Shown piece after piece: positions 19,671-29,990 of a stretch of DNA of 64,000 nt. The position numbers and the translations under genes are program-made. Location of the stretch: IMG/VR virus record IMGVR_UViG_2924943408_000006, positions 5,480 through 69,479 of that record. The stretch is one strand, 5' to 3'. Below the pieces are notes generated by a model that had not been told where the DNA came from, did no database searches, and saw only the letters and a list, made by a program, of their open reading frames with translations. The DNA is from a virus. Lineage: Duplodnaviria; Caudoviricetes. Numbering within the stretch: the stretch's first letter is position 1; the number at the start of each line of letters is the position of its first letter.

Positions 19671-20203
19671 ATCCGGCAAATGTTGGCCGTACTCTCAATC
19701 AAATTGGACGCCGTCTGCGTTTGTTGGTTGACCGCGCGGTAGTTCGCATTGTGACTGACAGTCTGGGTCGCCAGAACCTTCAGGTTCAGTCGCTGGCCGA
19801 TGCTACCAATGATGATGTGGAACGCTTCCAGAACTACGGATTTACCTCTGTCCCTCCTGCCGGTTCAGAAGCCATTGTGCTGGCTGTGGGGGGCAGACGC
19901 GAAAGTCTGGTGGCTATCGCGGTGGAAGATAAGCGATGTCGACCAAAAGATCTGGCGTCAGGTGATGTCTGTATTTATCATCAGGACGGTCAGTCGCTTA
20001 TTATTTTAAAAAAGAATGGCGTGATTGATATTAGAGGGAAAACGGTTAATTACACCGCCGACGAATTATTTGAGATTAATACAGCTCAATTTAAATGCGT
20101 CGGTCCTTCTGATTTCTCTGAGGATATTACTGTTAACGGTAAATCCTTCCTCAAACATATTCATAAGGATGGCGACAATGCTGATACAACTGCGCCCATA
20201 TGA
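19661..20203 (+). CDS. Baseplate spike (Mu gp45)
   Basis: VERFQNYGFTSVPPAGSE, C-terminal HIH iron-binding motif. Confidence 0.9.
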   Translation: MGLNPANVGRTLNQIGRRLRLLVDRAVVRIVTDSLGRQNLQVQSLADATNDDVERFQNYGFTSVPPAGSEAIVLAVGGRRESLVAIAVEDKRCRPKDLASGDVCIYHQDGQSLIILKKNGVIDIRGKTVNYTADELFEINTAQFKCVGPSDFSEDITVNGKSFLKHIHKDGDNADTTAPI

Positions 20204-20652
20204 CTATCGGACTGAGCTGGAAAAACCTACTTTCTCGCGGTGATATTACTGTTCAACATGACGGCCTGTCGCTTGACGACGGGCTTGTTACTTTAGTCCT
20301 TATCTGCCTGTTCACCGATTCTCGCGCTGATGCTGATGACGAAATCCCGGATGGTTCCGGTGACCCACGAGGCTGGCCCGGCGACACGTTCAGTGATTAT
20401 CAATGGGGCTCAAAGCTCTGGTTACTTGAGCGTGAAAAGCTCACCGAAGCTATCCGCCTACGGGTAGAGGACTACGCCAGCCTTTCCATGCAACCGCTGT
20501 TGCGTGAAGGTTATGCCCGTAATGCTGAAGTGACGGCCACAATCGCCGCGTCTGATCGCATCAACTTTATTGTCACATTGACCCGTCCTGATAAATCGCT
20601 GCTGACTGTTCAGTTAAGCCGACGCTGGGAGGCCACTGCGAATGCCATTTAA
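20200..20652 (+). CDS. Baseplate wedge protein (Mu gp46)
   Basis: VLICLFTDSRA...RGWPGD...GSKLWLLEREK. Confidence 0.9.
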   Translation: MTIGLSWKNLLSRGDITVQHDGLSLDDGLVTLVLICLFTDSRADADDEIPDGSGDPRGWPGDTFSDYQWGSKLWLLEREKLTEAIRLRVEDYASLSMQPLLREGYARNAEVTATIAASDRINFIVTLTRPDKSLLTVQLSRRWEATANAI

Positions 20653-21718
20653 TACCCCCACTTTGCGAAAAATAATTGCTGACGGTGAAAAGGATATTGA
20701 GATTGAACTTAATATTCCAAAATTACCGCCTGTTGGTGTTGAGAACGCAATAAATATATCTGTCAGTAGTCAGGTTCGTGATGTATATGACCATCAGAGC
20801 TGGATTGCTGACCAGATAATTCCATCCCCAAAGTCTGACGATCAGACCATTATCGACACCGCTGCAACCGAAGGCGTCATTCGAAAACAATCAACATTCG
20901 CCACGGGTCCGGTGACGTTCACCAGTGCTGCCGCTTTACCCGTCGATACCGAAATGCAGACGGTGTCCGGCGTTGTCTACCGGGTTACAGACTCATCGCA
21001 ACCTGTCGCTGGCGCGGTCACCGCACAGGTTCAGGCGGATGAGGCCGGGGTTGGCGGCAACCTTCCGGCAGGTGAAATACTGACGTTATTGTCACCCGTA
21101 GCAGGAACGGACAGTAATGGTGTGGTTGCAACGGCGGGTATCACCGGCGGTGCTGATATCGAGCCTGTTCCTGAGCTTTTAGATCGTCTTCTTTTCCGCA
21201 AGCGCAATCCACCTGTAGGCGGCGCAGTGCATGATTACGTCATCTGGGCTCGTGAGATGGCAGGTGTGAGCCGCGCCTGGTGCTTCGATGTGTGGCATGG
21301 CTCAGGCACTGTGGGTCTTGCGTGGGTTTATGACGAAAGAACCGTAATTACCCCAACCGAAGCAGACCGTACAGCGATGGAAACCTACCTTTTCCGTCAT
21401 GCTGATCCCGCAACGGGTCTGTATGTTGGCAAGCCTGGTGGTATTGAAGTCTGGCCTGTTGCCTTGCAACTAAAATCCGTTGCGATGTCAGTCAAACTTA
21501 TCCCGGATAGCAGTCAGACGCGCTCTGCCGTACAGGCCAGTCTCAACGCACTTCAGAAAACATTATCACCCGCTCAGAATCTGCCCGTTTCTGCCTTGCG
21601 TACCGCTATCGGCGCATCAAGTGGTGTGACCGATTACACCCTGTCAATCAGTGCTGATGTCACTGCGGCGACCAATGAATTGATCACAATCGGGGTAATC
21701 ACATGGCTCACAGCGTAG
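20642..21718 (+). CDS. Baseplate J-like protein (Mu gp47)
   Basis: GGADIE...L..RLL, PPVGGAVHDYVIWA, GVSRAW. Confidence 0.9.
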   Translation: MPFNTPTLRKIIADGEKDIEIELNIPKLPPVGVENAINISVSSQVRDVYDHQSWIADQIIPSPKSDDQTIIDTAATEGVIRKQSTFATGPVTFTSAAALPVDTEMQTVSGVVYRVTDSSQPVAGAVTAQVQADEAGVGGNLPAGEILTLLSPVAGTDSNGVVATAGITGGADIEPVPELLDRLLFRKRNPPVGGAVHDYVIWAREMAGVSRAWCFDVWHGSGTVGLAWVYDERTVITPTEADRTAMETYLFRHADPATGLYVGKPGGIEVWPVALQLKSVAMSVKLIPDSSQTRSAVQASLNALQKTLSPAQNLPVSALRTAIGASSGVTDYTLSISADVTAATNELITIGVITWLTA

Positions 21719-22281
21719 ATGAATGGCTTCATGCCCTTCAGCAGGTGATGCCTCGAGGTAAGGCGTGGCCACGCGAGCTGAATGCTGATTTAACCCGATT
21801 TTTACGCGCCTTAGCACGACGTTTAAGCCGTGTTGAAGGCGACGGTGACGCACTACTCAGTGAAATGCGCCCCGAAACAACATTTCAGTTACTCCCGGAC
21901 TGGGAGAATTACCTGGGATTGCCTGAGTGCGAACTGGATGGCGTAACGGTTGAAGACCGCAGACGTGCAGCCGTTGAAAAACATCACCGTAAGGGTGGAC
22001 TGGCCCCGTGGCAGATTGAAAATGTGGCTAAGGCGCTGGGATTCACCGTGACTGTGCGGGTGATTTTGCCGCATCACTGTATGCGGAGCTGTATGCATCC
22101 GCTCTACCCAGCCCGTTATCGTTGGTTATTACAGATTGATGTTCGCGATATTCAGGGTGGGCGTTTTACGTGCATGGATAACGTTCTGACACCTTTATTA
22201 AGTAATCGCGCCCGCAACCTTGAATGCGTTTTATCTAAATACCGTCTGGCCGGAACCGGCTATGAATACTTTTATTCCTGA
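21703..22281 (+). CDS. Baseplate protein (Mu gp48/DUF2313)
   Basis: LQQVMPRGKAW, LLPDWENYLGLPEC, LECVL. Confidence 0.9.
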   Translation: MAHSVDEWLHALQQVMPRGKAWPRELNADLTRFLRALARRLSRVEGDGDALLSEMRPETTFQLLPDWENYLGLPECELDGVTVEDRRRAAVEKHHRKGGLAPWQIENVAKALGFTVTVRVILPHHCMRSCMHPLYPARYRWLLQIDVRDIQGGRFTCMDNVLTPLLSNRARNLECVLSKYRLAGTGYEYFYS

Positions 22282-22292
22282 GGAGTTCAGCA

Positions 22293-23228
22293 ATGTATTT
22301 TGTTGATAACGGCTCTGCCGTTCCCGTTATGCCGCAGGTCAAACCTGTATCCAGTGCTACACCACAGTTTTTCACTGAAGGTGGGAATGGTACTCCACCT
22401 ACATATCCTGGTCCCGACTGGTTCAACATCTTCCAGCTGGAGCTGCTCAACGTACTTAAAGAAGCCCAGATTAACCCTGATAAAGCAAATCATACGCAGC
22501 TTGTCACTGCGATGAAAAAGCTCTTCCTGGATGCTTCATCAAACGGCTCTGATATTCCCGACAAAGCGGCGTTTCTCTCAAATCTTGGTTTGGTAGGAGG
22601 CCTGGCAAGCGATGCGGTCGGACGGCTGATTGGCGTTAAGATTATTACGGCTTCCACGTCATACATCGCGACGCCAGGAACAAAATGGCTCAGGGTCACA
22701 ATAACGGGCAGCGGTGGCGGAGGGGGCGGCTGCCAGGCTAGTTCCAATAACGAGACGTTTTTCGGTGCTGGCGGTGGGGCCGGGGGAACAGTAATTATCA
22801 CGCCGGTCCTGGTGAATAATATTATTCCTGTCACTATCGGCGCAGGTGGGGCTGGCGGTGTTGGTTCGAAATCCGGCCTCAATGGCGGTGATAGCTCGTT
22901 CGGATCGGTAATAGCCCCAGGCGGTGAAGGCGGCGGAAAGTCAGGAGTCACAAACACAAACGGTGGTAACGGAGGCGTGCCAAGTACTGGCAATATCAAA
23001 ATCATTGGTGGATGTGGAAGCGACGGTCAGTCCGGAAATATCGGCGTCAGCGGTGAAGGCGGTGCATCGTACTGGGGCGGCGGTGGACGCGCAGGCGCTG
23101 GCGGTGGTCTTAGTGGTAAGGCATATGGTTCAGGTGGCGGTGGCGCATACGATGCAGGTTATAGCGGAACCAGTATGACAGGCGGGAAAGGTGCCAATGG
23201 GATTTGTATTATCGAGGAGTTTGCATAA
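22293..23228 (+). CDS. Tail fibre with Mu S-like N-terminus and glycine-rich C-terminal domain
   Basis: FFTEG...PGPDWFN..Q.ELLNV N-terminus; GSGGGGGG/GAGGGAGG repeats. Confidence 0.85.
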   Translation: MYFVDNGSAVPVMPQVKPVSSATPQFFTEGGNGTPPTYPGPDWFNIFQLELLNVLKEAQINPDKANHTQLVTAMKKLFLDASSNGSDIPDKAAFLSNLGLVGGLASDAVGRLIGVKIITASTSYIATPGTKWLRVTITGSGGGGGGCQASSNNETFFGAGGGAGGTVIITPVLVNNIIPVTIGAGGAGGVGSKSGLNGGDSSFGSVIAPGGEGGGKSGVTNTNGGNGGVPSTGNIKIIGGCGSDGQSGNIGVSGEGGASYWGGGGRAGAGGGLSGKAYGSGGGGAYDAGYSGTSMTGGKGANGICIIEEFA

Positions 23229-23644
23229 TGAACAATGTTTACGCAATCGTAAAAAATGAGTCCGTAATTAACGTTATTATGTGGGAAGGTGAACCTGACT
23301 GGGCACCAGACAAGGGGGAAGCCATTCGCGTACCTGACGGGGTTGGGATAGGTTGGGGCTATGCAAACGGGCAATTTACCGCGCCGCCAGAACCTGAATT
23401 AACCCCTGACGAGCTTGCGGCTAAAAACCTACTTACCGCGCAAGCTGCATATGAGAATGCATCAAATAAAATCACAGCGTTGAATGAGCAGATTCAGGAT
23501 GATGATTTTGACGGTACGACAGAAGTGACGGTAAAAGCTGAACTGGCTGCCTGGACCAATTATCGGAAAGATCTTCGCGCGTACATCAAAAATGCTGATG
23601 GCAACCAACCTTTACCTACCGCACCGCCAGAGGTTTTGAATTAA
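23228..23644 (+). CDS. Tail fibre assembly chaperone
   Basis: YAIV...VINVIMWEG...GIGWGY..GQFTAPP, WTNYRKDLR. Confidence 0.8.
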   Translation: MNNVYAIVKNESVINVIMWEGEPDWAPDKGEAIRVPDGVGIGWGYANGQFTAPPEPELTPDELAAKNLLTAQAAYENASNKITALNEQIQDDDFDGTTEVTVKAELAAWTNYRKDLRAYIKNADGNQPLPTAPPEVLN

Positions 23645-23801
23645 TTTATAGATGAACCTTTGGTAGAACGCCGATTTAAGCCCTGTTCAGCAGGGCTTTT
23701 TTACACGTTTAAACGGTTTTATTTTTCTGCGTCGCCGGGGTTATTTGAGAAAAAGTCGAATTTGTTAACCTGGTTTTATCTCAACGACAGAGGTAAGACC
23801 G

Positions 23802-24371
23802 ATGATTATTGGATATGCACGCGTAAGCTCAAACCACCAGGATACCGAGATGCAGATGCTCGCACTTCAGGCAGCCGGCTGTGAACAAATTTTCGAAGAG
23901 AAGGCCAGCGGCCGTAACACCAAACGTCGCATCCTGCGCCATGTAGTAGCGATGCTGCAACCGGGTGATGAGCTGGTACTCTGGAAGCTTGACCGCATTG
24001 GTCGTGACGTTCTTCATGCATTGGTCACGTTTCAGGAGTTGCATTCACGTAACGTAAACATCCGCTCTATCACTGATGGCGTGGACCTCAAGTCAGCATC
24101 GGGGCGCTACAACTTCCGCAATATTCTGTCGGCGGCGCAATATGAGTCCGATCTCAATAGTGAGAGAACCCTGGCAGGTCTGGCTGTCGCACGCTCCAAG
24201 GGCCACTATGGTGGCCGTAGGCCGACATTCACTGACGAGCATTGGGATAAATTTGGGACTGCGCTGAAGTCAGGCAGGACTCACAGGGAGGTATCCAAAG
24301 AATTCGGTGTAGGGCTGTCAACGTTGTATAAAAAATTTCCGGGGAACAGCTGTTCAACTTCGGTTATGTGA
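23802..24371 (+). CDS. Serine recombinase / Gin-like DNA invertase
   Basis: IGYARVSS, WKLDRIGR, SERTLAGL..AR..G..GGRRP, C-terminal HTH. Confidence 0.92.
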   Translation: MIIGYARVSSNHQDTEMQMLALQAAGCEQIFEEKASGRNTKRRILRHVVAMLQPGDELVLWKLDRIGRDVLHALVTFQELHSRNVNIRSITDGVDLKSASGRYNFRNILSAAQYESDLNSERTLAGLAVARSKGHYGGRRPTFTDEHWDKFGTALKSGRTHREVSKEFGVGLSTLYKKFPGNSCSTSVM

Positions 24372-24418
24372 TCATCTGCTCATGGGCCGCCGGTTTAAGG
24401 CGGCTTTAAACCGGCTTA

Positions 24419-24505
24419 AAATCAGTATCAAATGATTTTATTTTTGCGCCAACGCGCGGTATCAAATGAATTTCAAATCAGTATCAAATGATTTCGCGCG
24501 CTATA
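24419..24505 (+). repeat. Mu-like right end with three putative transposase-binding repeats
   Basis: GTATCAAATGA at 24425, 24459 and 24481; AAATCAGTATCAAATGATTT at 24419 and 24475. Confidence 0.8.
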
Positions 24506-24855
24506 TGTCAGATCAGGTTGTCTCTCTTCTTGAGATGCTGAGACCGGTAACGCAGCCGATATCAAGCTTCGTGTTCGCCGGGCGAAATGATAAAACAAAG
24601 CCGATCAGTGAGAACGCCGTTCTGCTGGTTATTCGGCAAATTGGATATGAAGGCCTGGCAAGTGGCCACGGTTTCCGACACCAGTTCAGCACAATAATGA
24701 ATGAGCATGAGTGGCCAGCCGACGCCATTGAGAAGCAGCTTGCGCACGCTAACAGCGGCTCTATCCGCGGGATATACAATCACGCTCAGTACATGGATAA
24801 GCGCCGGGAAATGATGCAATGGTGGGCGGACTGGGTTGATGAGAAGGTATCATAG
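24505..24855 (+). pseudogene. intS: C-terminal fragment of IntS-type tyrosine integrase, interrupted by the Mu-like prophage
   Basis: MSDQVV...GHGFRHQFST...QLAH...IRGIYNHAQY..KRREMMQWWADW matches the KplE1/Sf6/HK620 integrase C-terminus; N-terminal two thirds absent. Confidence 0.9.
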
Positions 24856-24992
24856 GAAAGAAGCACAAAGCCTTGCAAACCGATGCAAAGCTTTGTGTGT
24901 CACGTTTTTGCCTCACCCACCAACATCACAGGTCGATCGTTCCCCATTCAGATGCTAAACTTTCGGCCTCTAAGAATTCACTGATTTTTATA

Positions 24993-25355
24993 ATGTTAAA
25001 GCTATTCGCCAGGTACACATCAATAGGTGTTATCAACACGCTCATCCATTGGGTAGTGTTCGCCATTTGCATATACGCATTTCATACGGGACAGGCTCTC
25101 GGTAACTCTGCAGGATTCGTTATATCTGTGTCGTTCAGTTTCTTTGCTAATGCAAAATTCACCTTCAAGGCATCAACCACAACTATGCGCTACATGCTCT
25201 ACGTCGGGTTCATGGGAACACTGAGCGCAATTGTTGGCTGGTCTGCCGATAAATCAGGAATGGCTCCGATCGTCACGTTAATCATTTTCTCCGCCATCAG
25301 CCTGGTGTGCGGCTTCATTTATTCAAAGTTCATTGTCTTTAGGGATGCGAAATGA
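24993..25355 (+). CDS. gtrA: Bactoprenol-linked glucose translocase GtrA
   Basis: [20 protein letters not shown]...[10 protein letters not shown]...[11 protein letters not shown], 120 aa. Confidence 0.95.
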   Translation: MLKLFARYTSIGVINTLIHWVVFAICIYAFHTGQALGNSAGFVISVSFSFFANAKFTFKASTTTMRYMLYVGFMGTLSAIVGWSADKSGMAPIVTLIIFSAISLVCGFIYSKFIVFRDAK

Positions 25356-26281
25356 AAATTTCTTTGGTCGTTCCGGTATTTAATGAAGAGGAAGCAATTC
25401 CCATCTTCTATAAGACCGTGCGGGAATTTGAAGACCTTCAGCATCACGAGGTAGAAATCGTCTTCATTAACGATGGAAGTAAAGATGCGACAGAATCAAT
25501 AATAAACGCGCTTGCTGTTGCCGATCCGCTTGTTGTTCCTCTTTCATTCACTCGAAACTTCGGTAAAGAACCCGCTCTGTTCGCCGGTCTTGACCATGCA
25601 ACCGGTGAAGCGATTATCCCGATTGATGTTGACCTTCAGGATCCTATCGATGTCATCCCTCACCTTATTGAGAAATGGAATTCCGGTGCGGACATGGTGC
25701 TTGCTAAGCGATCTGACCGATCTACTGATAGCCGACTGAAACGGAAATCTGCTGAGTGGTTTTATAAACTACACAATAAAATCAGCAATCCGCAAATCGA
25801 AGAGAACGTTGGCGACTTCCGACTCATGTCTCGTGAGGTTGTAGAAAATATTAAGCTGTTACCTGAACGTAACCTTTTCATGAAAGGTGTCTTGTCATGG
25901 GTAGGTGGACGCACTGATGTAGTCGAGTATGCCCGAGCAGAGCGCGTTGCCGGCAGCACGAAATTCAACGGCTGGAAACTATGGAACCTTGCCCTTGAGG
26001 GCATTACAAGCTTCTCTACATTCCCGTTGCGCATGTGGACTTACATCGGCTTGTTCGTGGCCGGTGCGGCTTTCCTCTACGGTGCGTGGATGATTATTGG
26101 CACACTAGCATTCGGTAATGCCGTTCGCGGATATCCATCATTGCTTGTGTCTATCCTTTTCCTAGGAGGTATACAACTGATTGGAATTGGGGTGCTTGGA
26201 GAGTACATCGGTAGGATCTACGTAGAAGTTAAAAATCGGCCAAAGTATATTCTTAAAAAGAGTAATAAAAATGCTTCATAA
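25352..26281 (+). CDS. gtrB: Bactoprenol glucosyltransferase GtrB
   Basis: [31 protein letters not shown]; GT2 family. Confidence 0.97.
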   Translation: MKISLVVPVFNEEEAIPIFYKTVREFEDLQHHEVEIVFINDGSKDATESIINALAVADPLVVPLSFTRNFGKEPALFAGLDHATGEAIIPIDVDLQDPIDVIPHLIEKWNSGADMVLAKRSDRSTDSRLKRKSAEWFYKLHNKISNPQIEENVGDFRLMSREVVENIKLLPERNLFMKGVLSWVGGRTDVVEYARAERVAGSTKFNGWKLWNLALEGITSFSTFPLRMWTYIGLFVAGAAFLYGAWMIIGTLAFGNAVRGYPSLLVSILFLGGIQLIGIGVLGEYIGRIYVEVKNRPKYILKKSNKNAS

Positions 26282-27737
26282 AAATGAGCGGATTGCTTTT
26301 TATGTGTTATTGGCAGTTTCATTCATTTATGTACTGCCGATAATCACTGTAAACTCATATTATTCAGATGATTATATGAGGGCTGCTGACGGAATCTTTG
26401 GGCTAAGTGGTTTGGGTAGGCCGCTGGCAGATTATTTTTTCAAGATTTTATCTTTCAATTCATACCGGAATATAGACACTGCACCATTTACGCAGATAAT
26501 AAGTGTTGCGGCTCTATCGCTTTCCGTAGTTTACTTAGCGAAGTCAGTAAGCACAGCGCCTAGCAAAGTAGATTACTTTGTTCTTTCAGCGCTAATATTC
26601 AACCCGTTCTACATTCAAAACCTGCTATACAGGTTTGACTCAATTACAATGTCAATTGGTATTCTATGTGCAGCGTTGGCTGTTTACACTGCATCAAAGA
26701 AAACCATAGCATGCGCAATTACATCAATCCTTCTCATTATGTGTTCGCTATCTCTGTATCAACCTTGTGGGGGTATTTTTGCCTCAGCGGTTGTTATATT
26801 GTTAGTGAAGAGACTGATTGACGGCAATATTGAGAATCCCACTAAGGAGATACTCATTTATGGTGCAATCTTTGTCTTATCATACATCCTTTACATGACA
26901 ATAGTTGTTCCTGCCTACTCTAGCGACCCGACAAGGTCGTCATTGATCCCCTTCGATAGCAACTTCTTCCCAAGAATTGTTCATAATGTAGAAGTACTGA
27001 CCAGAAAAGTCGCTTCATTTTCACCATGGGAAGGACTATCTTCAATATTGGCAATGGTCGTTGTTTACGTCTTGCTTATGGCTAATGTGACGCTTAAATA
27101 TACCCGTCGATTTACAGCCTTTGTCATTGCTATAATTTCCTTGCCTGCGGCTTATCTACTAATTGGCGGAGTAATAATCATTATCAATGAATCAATATTC
27201 TTTCCAAGGACATTGGTGTGTTTCGGGCTTTTTGTTTCTCTTCTGATTTACCCTACTGTTACATTTAAAGGGCGAGCAGGAATCGCAATACCAGTTACCA
27301 TTTCTACAGCGTTTGCGATACTTTCGTTTATCAGTATTAGCGTAACAATGAATGCCATTAGGTCTCAGATTGAGTATGAAAAATTCATAACTTCAATGAT
27401 CGCAAGCGACGTAACGAAGATAAATGAATTAAACAATTCTATTACGTATTTGGGAGGAAACAAGGTGCTGGCATTAAACGCTAAGCGTCCTGTAGGGGCA
27501 TTCCCGATTGTGGACATGATTTACAATCCATCATCGGACTGGGTATTATCCTACATGATAGGTCAGTACGGTATTAACTACAGATTCCAGTTTAATAGAG
27601 TTGAGCAAAAGAAAATCATTAATGCGGTTTGCTCATATAAAATACCGCCAGTTGTTTCTAATGAAAAATATTCAATATACCATCATTCAGGAAAAAACAT
27701 CGCCTGGATAAATGGTGCTAAAAAAATATGTGATTAG
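26271..27737 (+). CDS. gtrC: Serotype-specific O-antigen glucosyltransferase GtrC (GtrII-like)
   Basis: YYSDDYMR...GRPLAD...YRFDS...SLYQ; many TM segments, AT-rich, third gene of gtr operon. Confidence 0.85.
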   Translation: MLHKNERIAFYVLLAVSFIYVLPIITVNSYYSDDYMRAADGIFGLSGLGRPLADYFFKILSFNSYRNIDTAPFTQIISVAALSLSVVYLAKSVSTAPSKVDYFVLSALIFNPFYIQNLLYRFDSITMSIGILCAALAVYTASKKTIACAITSILLIMCSLSLYQPCGGIFASAVVILLVKRLIDGNIENPTKEILIYGAIFVLSYILYMTIVVPAYSSDPTRSSLIPFDSNFFPRIVHNVEVLTRKVASFSPWEGLSSILAMVVVYVLLMANVTLKYTRRFTAFVIAIISLPAAYLLIGGVIIIINESIFFPRTLVCFGLFVSLLIYPTVTFKGRAGIAIPVTISTAFAILSFISISVTMNAIRSQIEYEKFITSMIASDVTKINELNNSITYLGGNKVLALNAKRPVGAFPIVDMIYNPSSDWVLSYMIGQYGINYRFQFNRVEQKKIINAVCSYKIPPVVSNEKYSIYHHSGKNIAWINGAKKICD

Positions 27738-27743
27738 ATAAAA

Positions 27744-27766
27744 TGGGGGATTTTAACTCCCCCAAC
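27744..27766. terminator. Probable bidirectional terminator between gtrC and tailspike
   Basis: TGGGGGA-TTTTAAC-TCCCCCA hairpin between convergent genes. Confidence 0.5.
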
Positions 27767-27770
27767 ACTT

Positions 27771-29912
27771 TTATCTTGTTATAGCGTTATTGCTTGCAAT
27801 ATCTGCAATAAGAGTTGCTAATGCAGGATTGCTTGCCGCGTCTACACTCCTGGTTTGTGTATTGTAGTTGGTCAATACCCATGTTTTATTGTTGCTACTA
27901 TTCAAGAATTGGTTGCATGTCTCATATCTATAAGTAGGAGTACTGGAATATGCAATATTCCCATTACTGGTCACAGGGATAACGCATCCAGTAATATTAA
28001 CGGTTTCGGTTCCTGTCAAGATTTCAAACGGCCTTACAACAGTTGAGGAGCCGAAGTGTGAAAGAGCTGTTACTTCCTTCATTATGACGCTTGTTAAGGC
28101 TCCTGTTTTGATATATGAACTAGGTGTCCCCTGAGTTGACAGGAATGTAACACCTGCGAATTTAATATGCCTGCAATTAGTAACCTCTACAAAAGCCCTG
28201 TTTGTGTCAGCCCATGCTCCTGTAATTGAGATATCACTGAATGTTACATCACAGTTTCCTGATGCACCTGTCGGTTTTCCGCTAAAATCGATAGCTCTCG
28301 CGTTTGTGTCTGTGATGTCTATTTCAATATCAGAGAACCTTATTTTACCCAACGCGTTCGTAGTGTTACCTGAGTTTCTTGCGAAATATATTGCCTGTAC
28401 CGATGGGTTACTTATCTTGATATTGGAAAATGTTAATTTATCTGTGCCATCCAATGGATAATACCTACATAGTATCCCGGTGGCACACCTGCTAGATACT
28501 ACATCAGAGATCAGCAAATCACTTGCGTATTCTATAGCAAAAGATGCATTGCTAGACTCAATATAACCGGTGTTAATAACACCGAGTCTAAAGTTGCACC
28601 TAATTCCATGAGATTCACAGTTTTTGATGATGAAGTTGCTTATAACTACCCTAGTTGCGCCAACGTGATTTGTATCCGATCCCATCACCCTGATCCCGTT
28701 ACCTCCGGAGGTGTTAATTTCCGTCCTTGAAATATCAATGGTGCTTGTTCTGTTTTCAATGTCAGCGTAGACAAAGAGTGTAGATTGGTATGTATTTATT
28801 CCCCTGAACCCATCTATAAAAACCTTTACAAAGTTTTTAACAGTGAGACCAGTACCTAGCCGTGTTTCGGCATCCCCTGAACCTCCAGATTGCTTTCCTA
28901 ACCCAGCGTCGTAGCTATAGACATTGTATGCATAGAATTCTGTTCCGCTATTACATTCTGCGTTACTATACCAAGACCCATGCATAGATATATCCCTTAA
29001 GAAACATTTGCCACCAGTTATGATTGCAAATGATGGATTTGGTGCATTGTTATCTGATTGCTGTGAAAAATCCCAATCTATCGAACCATCAATAGTTATG
29101 TCATATGGTTGTCTGATTGACGCTGTTAATGGCGTTCTCAACCAAAACTGGTTAACTGTGAATTTAGTATTTTTCCATTTTGATTTAATAGTTAAATCAC
29201 TATTTACCGTGAAATCGCCTGACAGCGTGTAGTTTTGTCCGGAGAGTATTATATTACCACCCACACCAAGCAGACGTTGTAACTGAGCATCATTCTGCGC
29301 GATCTTCCATCCTGAATTAACTTCGTTAAAGAAAGAGACTGGGTACAGCTCTACTGTTCCGTTTATTGCAGTTAAGTCGTAACTATTAATAGTCAATGGA
29401 GCTGATAATGGAGTGCTCATCATCATAAGGGCGCCATCAAGCCTAACGAATCTTACACCTTCTGGAATTAAGTCTCCTATTTTTGCATCAATTCCAATTT
29501 TATTAGGATAAACCTCACCACCTAAAAATCCATTCATTCCTCGAAGCCAAGATAGATTTAACATGACTGATAACTGATCTGGATCGTACTTCAGCACATT
29601 AGGGAAATAGAACTGCTGTGATCCATATGCATCGTACACAGCCATAGAATGCCCTTGTACAGTAACGAACTTAGCAATCTGTCCGTTATATACCGGATAC
29701 CCGCCAGCGTTGATTACGATTGGCTGAGCGACCTGAACATGGCTACCATCTTCGTTTTCAAGATAAACAGGTATTTGGTTTGCAGGGTTAACCGGATCGG
29801 TATCAATCTGGCCGATGTAGATTTTACCGTTAGCTATTGCCTTGAATGAACGAGGCATTGTGAATAACTGAGATGGTGCTGACACAACGATATTGGCTGT
29901 AATGTCCGACAT
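27771..29912 (-). CDS. Tailspike protein (P22 gp9-type head-binding domain plus beta-helix)
   Basis: [47 protein letters not shown]...LKYDPDQ; AT-rich divergent receptor domain. Confidence 0.95.
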   Translation of the reverse strand: MSDITANIVVSAPSQLFTMPRSFKAIANGKIYIGQIDTDPVNPANQIPVYLENEDGSHVQVAQPIVINAGGYPVYNGQIAKFVTVQGHSMAVYDAYGSQQFYFPNVLKYDPDQLSVMLNLSWLRGMNGFLGGEVYPNKIGIDAKIGDLIPEGVRFVRLDGALMMMSTPLSAPLTINSYDLTAINGTVELYPVSFFNEVNSGWKIAQNDAQLQRLLGVGGNIILSGQNYTLSGDFTVNSDLTIKSKWKNTKFTVNQFWLRTPLTASIRQPYDITIDGSIDWDFSQQSDNNAPNPSFAIITGGKCFLRDISMHGSWYSNAECNSGTEFYAYNVYSYDAGLGKQSGGSGDAETRLGTGLTVKNFVKVFIDGFRGINTYQSTLFVYADIENRTSTIDISRTEINTSGGNGIRVMGSDTNHVGATRVVISNFIIKNCESHGIRCNFRLGVINTGYIESSNASFAIEYASDLLISDVVSSRCATGILCRYYPLDGTDKLTFSNIKISNPSVQAIYFARNSGNTTNALGKIRFSDIEIDITDTNARAIDFSGKPTGASGNCDVTFSDISITGAWADTNRAFVEVTNCRHIKFAGVTFLSTQGTPSSYIKTGALTSVIMKEVTALSHFGSSTVVRPFEILTGTETVNITGCVIPVTSNGNIAYSSTPTYRYETCNQFLNSSNNKTWVLTNYNTQTRSVDAASNPALATLIADIASNNAITR

Positions 29913-29990
29913 TTAACTTTGCTCCAGGCGCAGCAAAGCCGCACAAGATAAAACTTGCGCAGCGATGCGTTAAGGTGGGTTATTTTGTTG

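Larger units (their letters stand above)
1..24505 (+). mobile_element. Mu-like transposable prophage, middle/late genes and right end (left part outside window)
   Basis: Mu-type gene order Mor/C-lysis-terS-terL-portal-F-I-T-tail-fibre-invertase, ending in triple end repeats abutting an integrase fragment. Confidence 0.95.

Noticed and set aside
22293-23228. Diversity-generating retroelement acting on the fibre
   Set aside because: No reverse transcriptase or TR/VR repeat pair seen in the window
24372-24418. com/mom DNA modification genes at the Mu right end
   Set aside because: No room; the invertase is followed directly by the end repeats
24419-24494. Short spaced repeats as a possible CRISPR array
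   Set aside because: Only three 11-bp cores with irregular spacing, no cas genes; position fits transposase-binding sites
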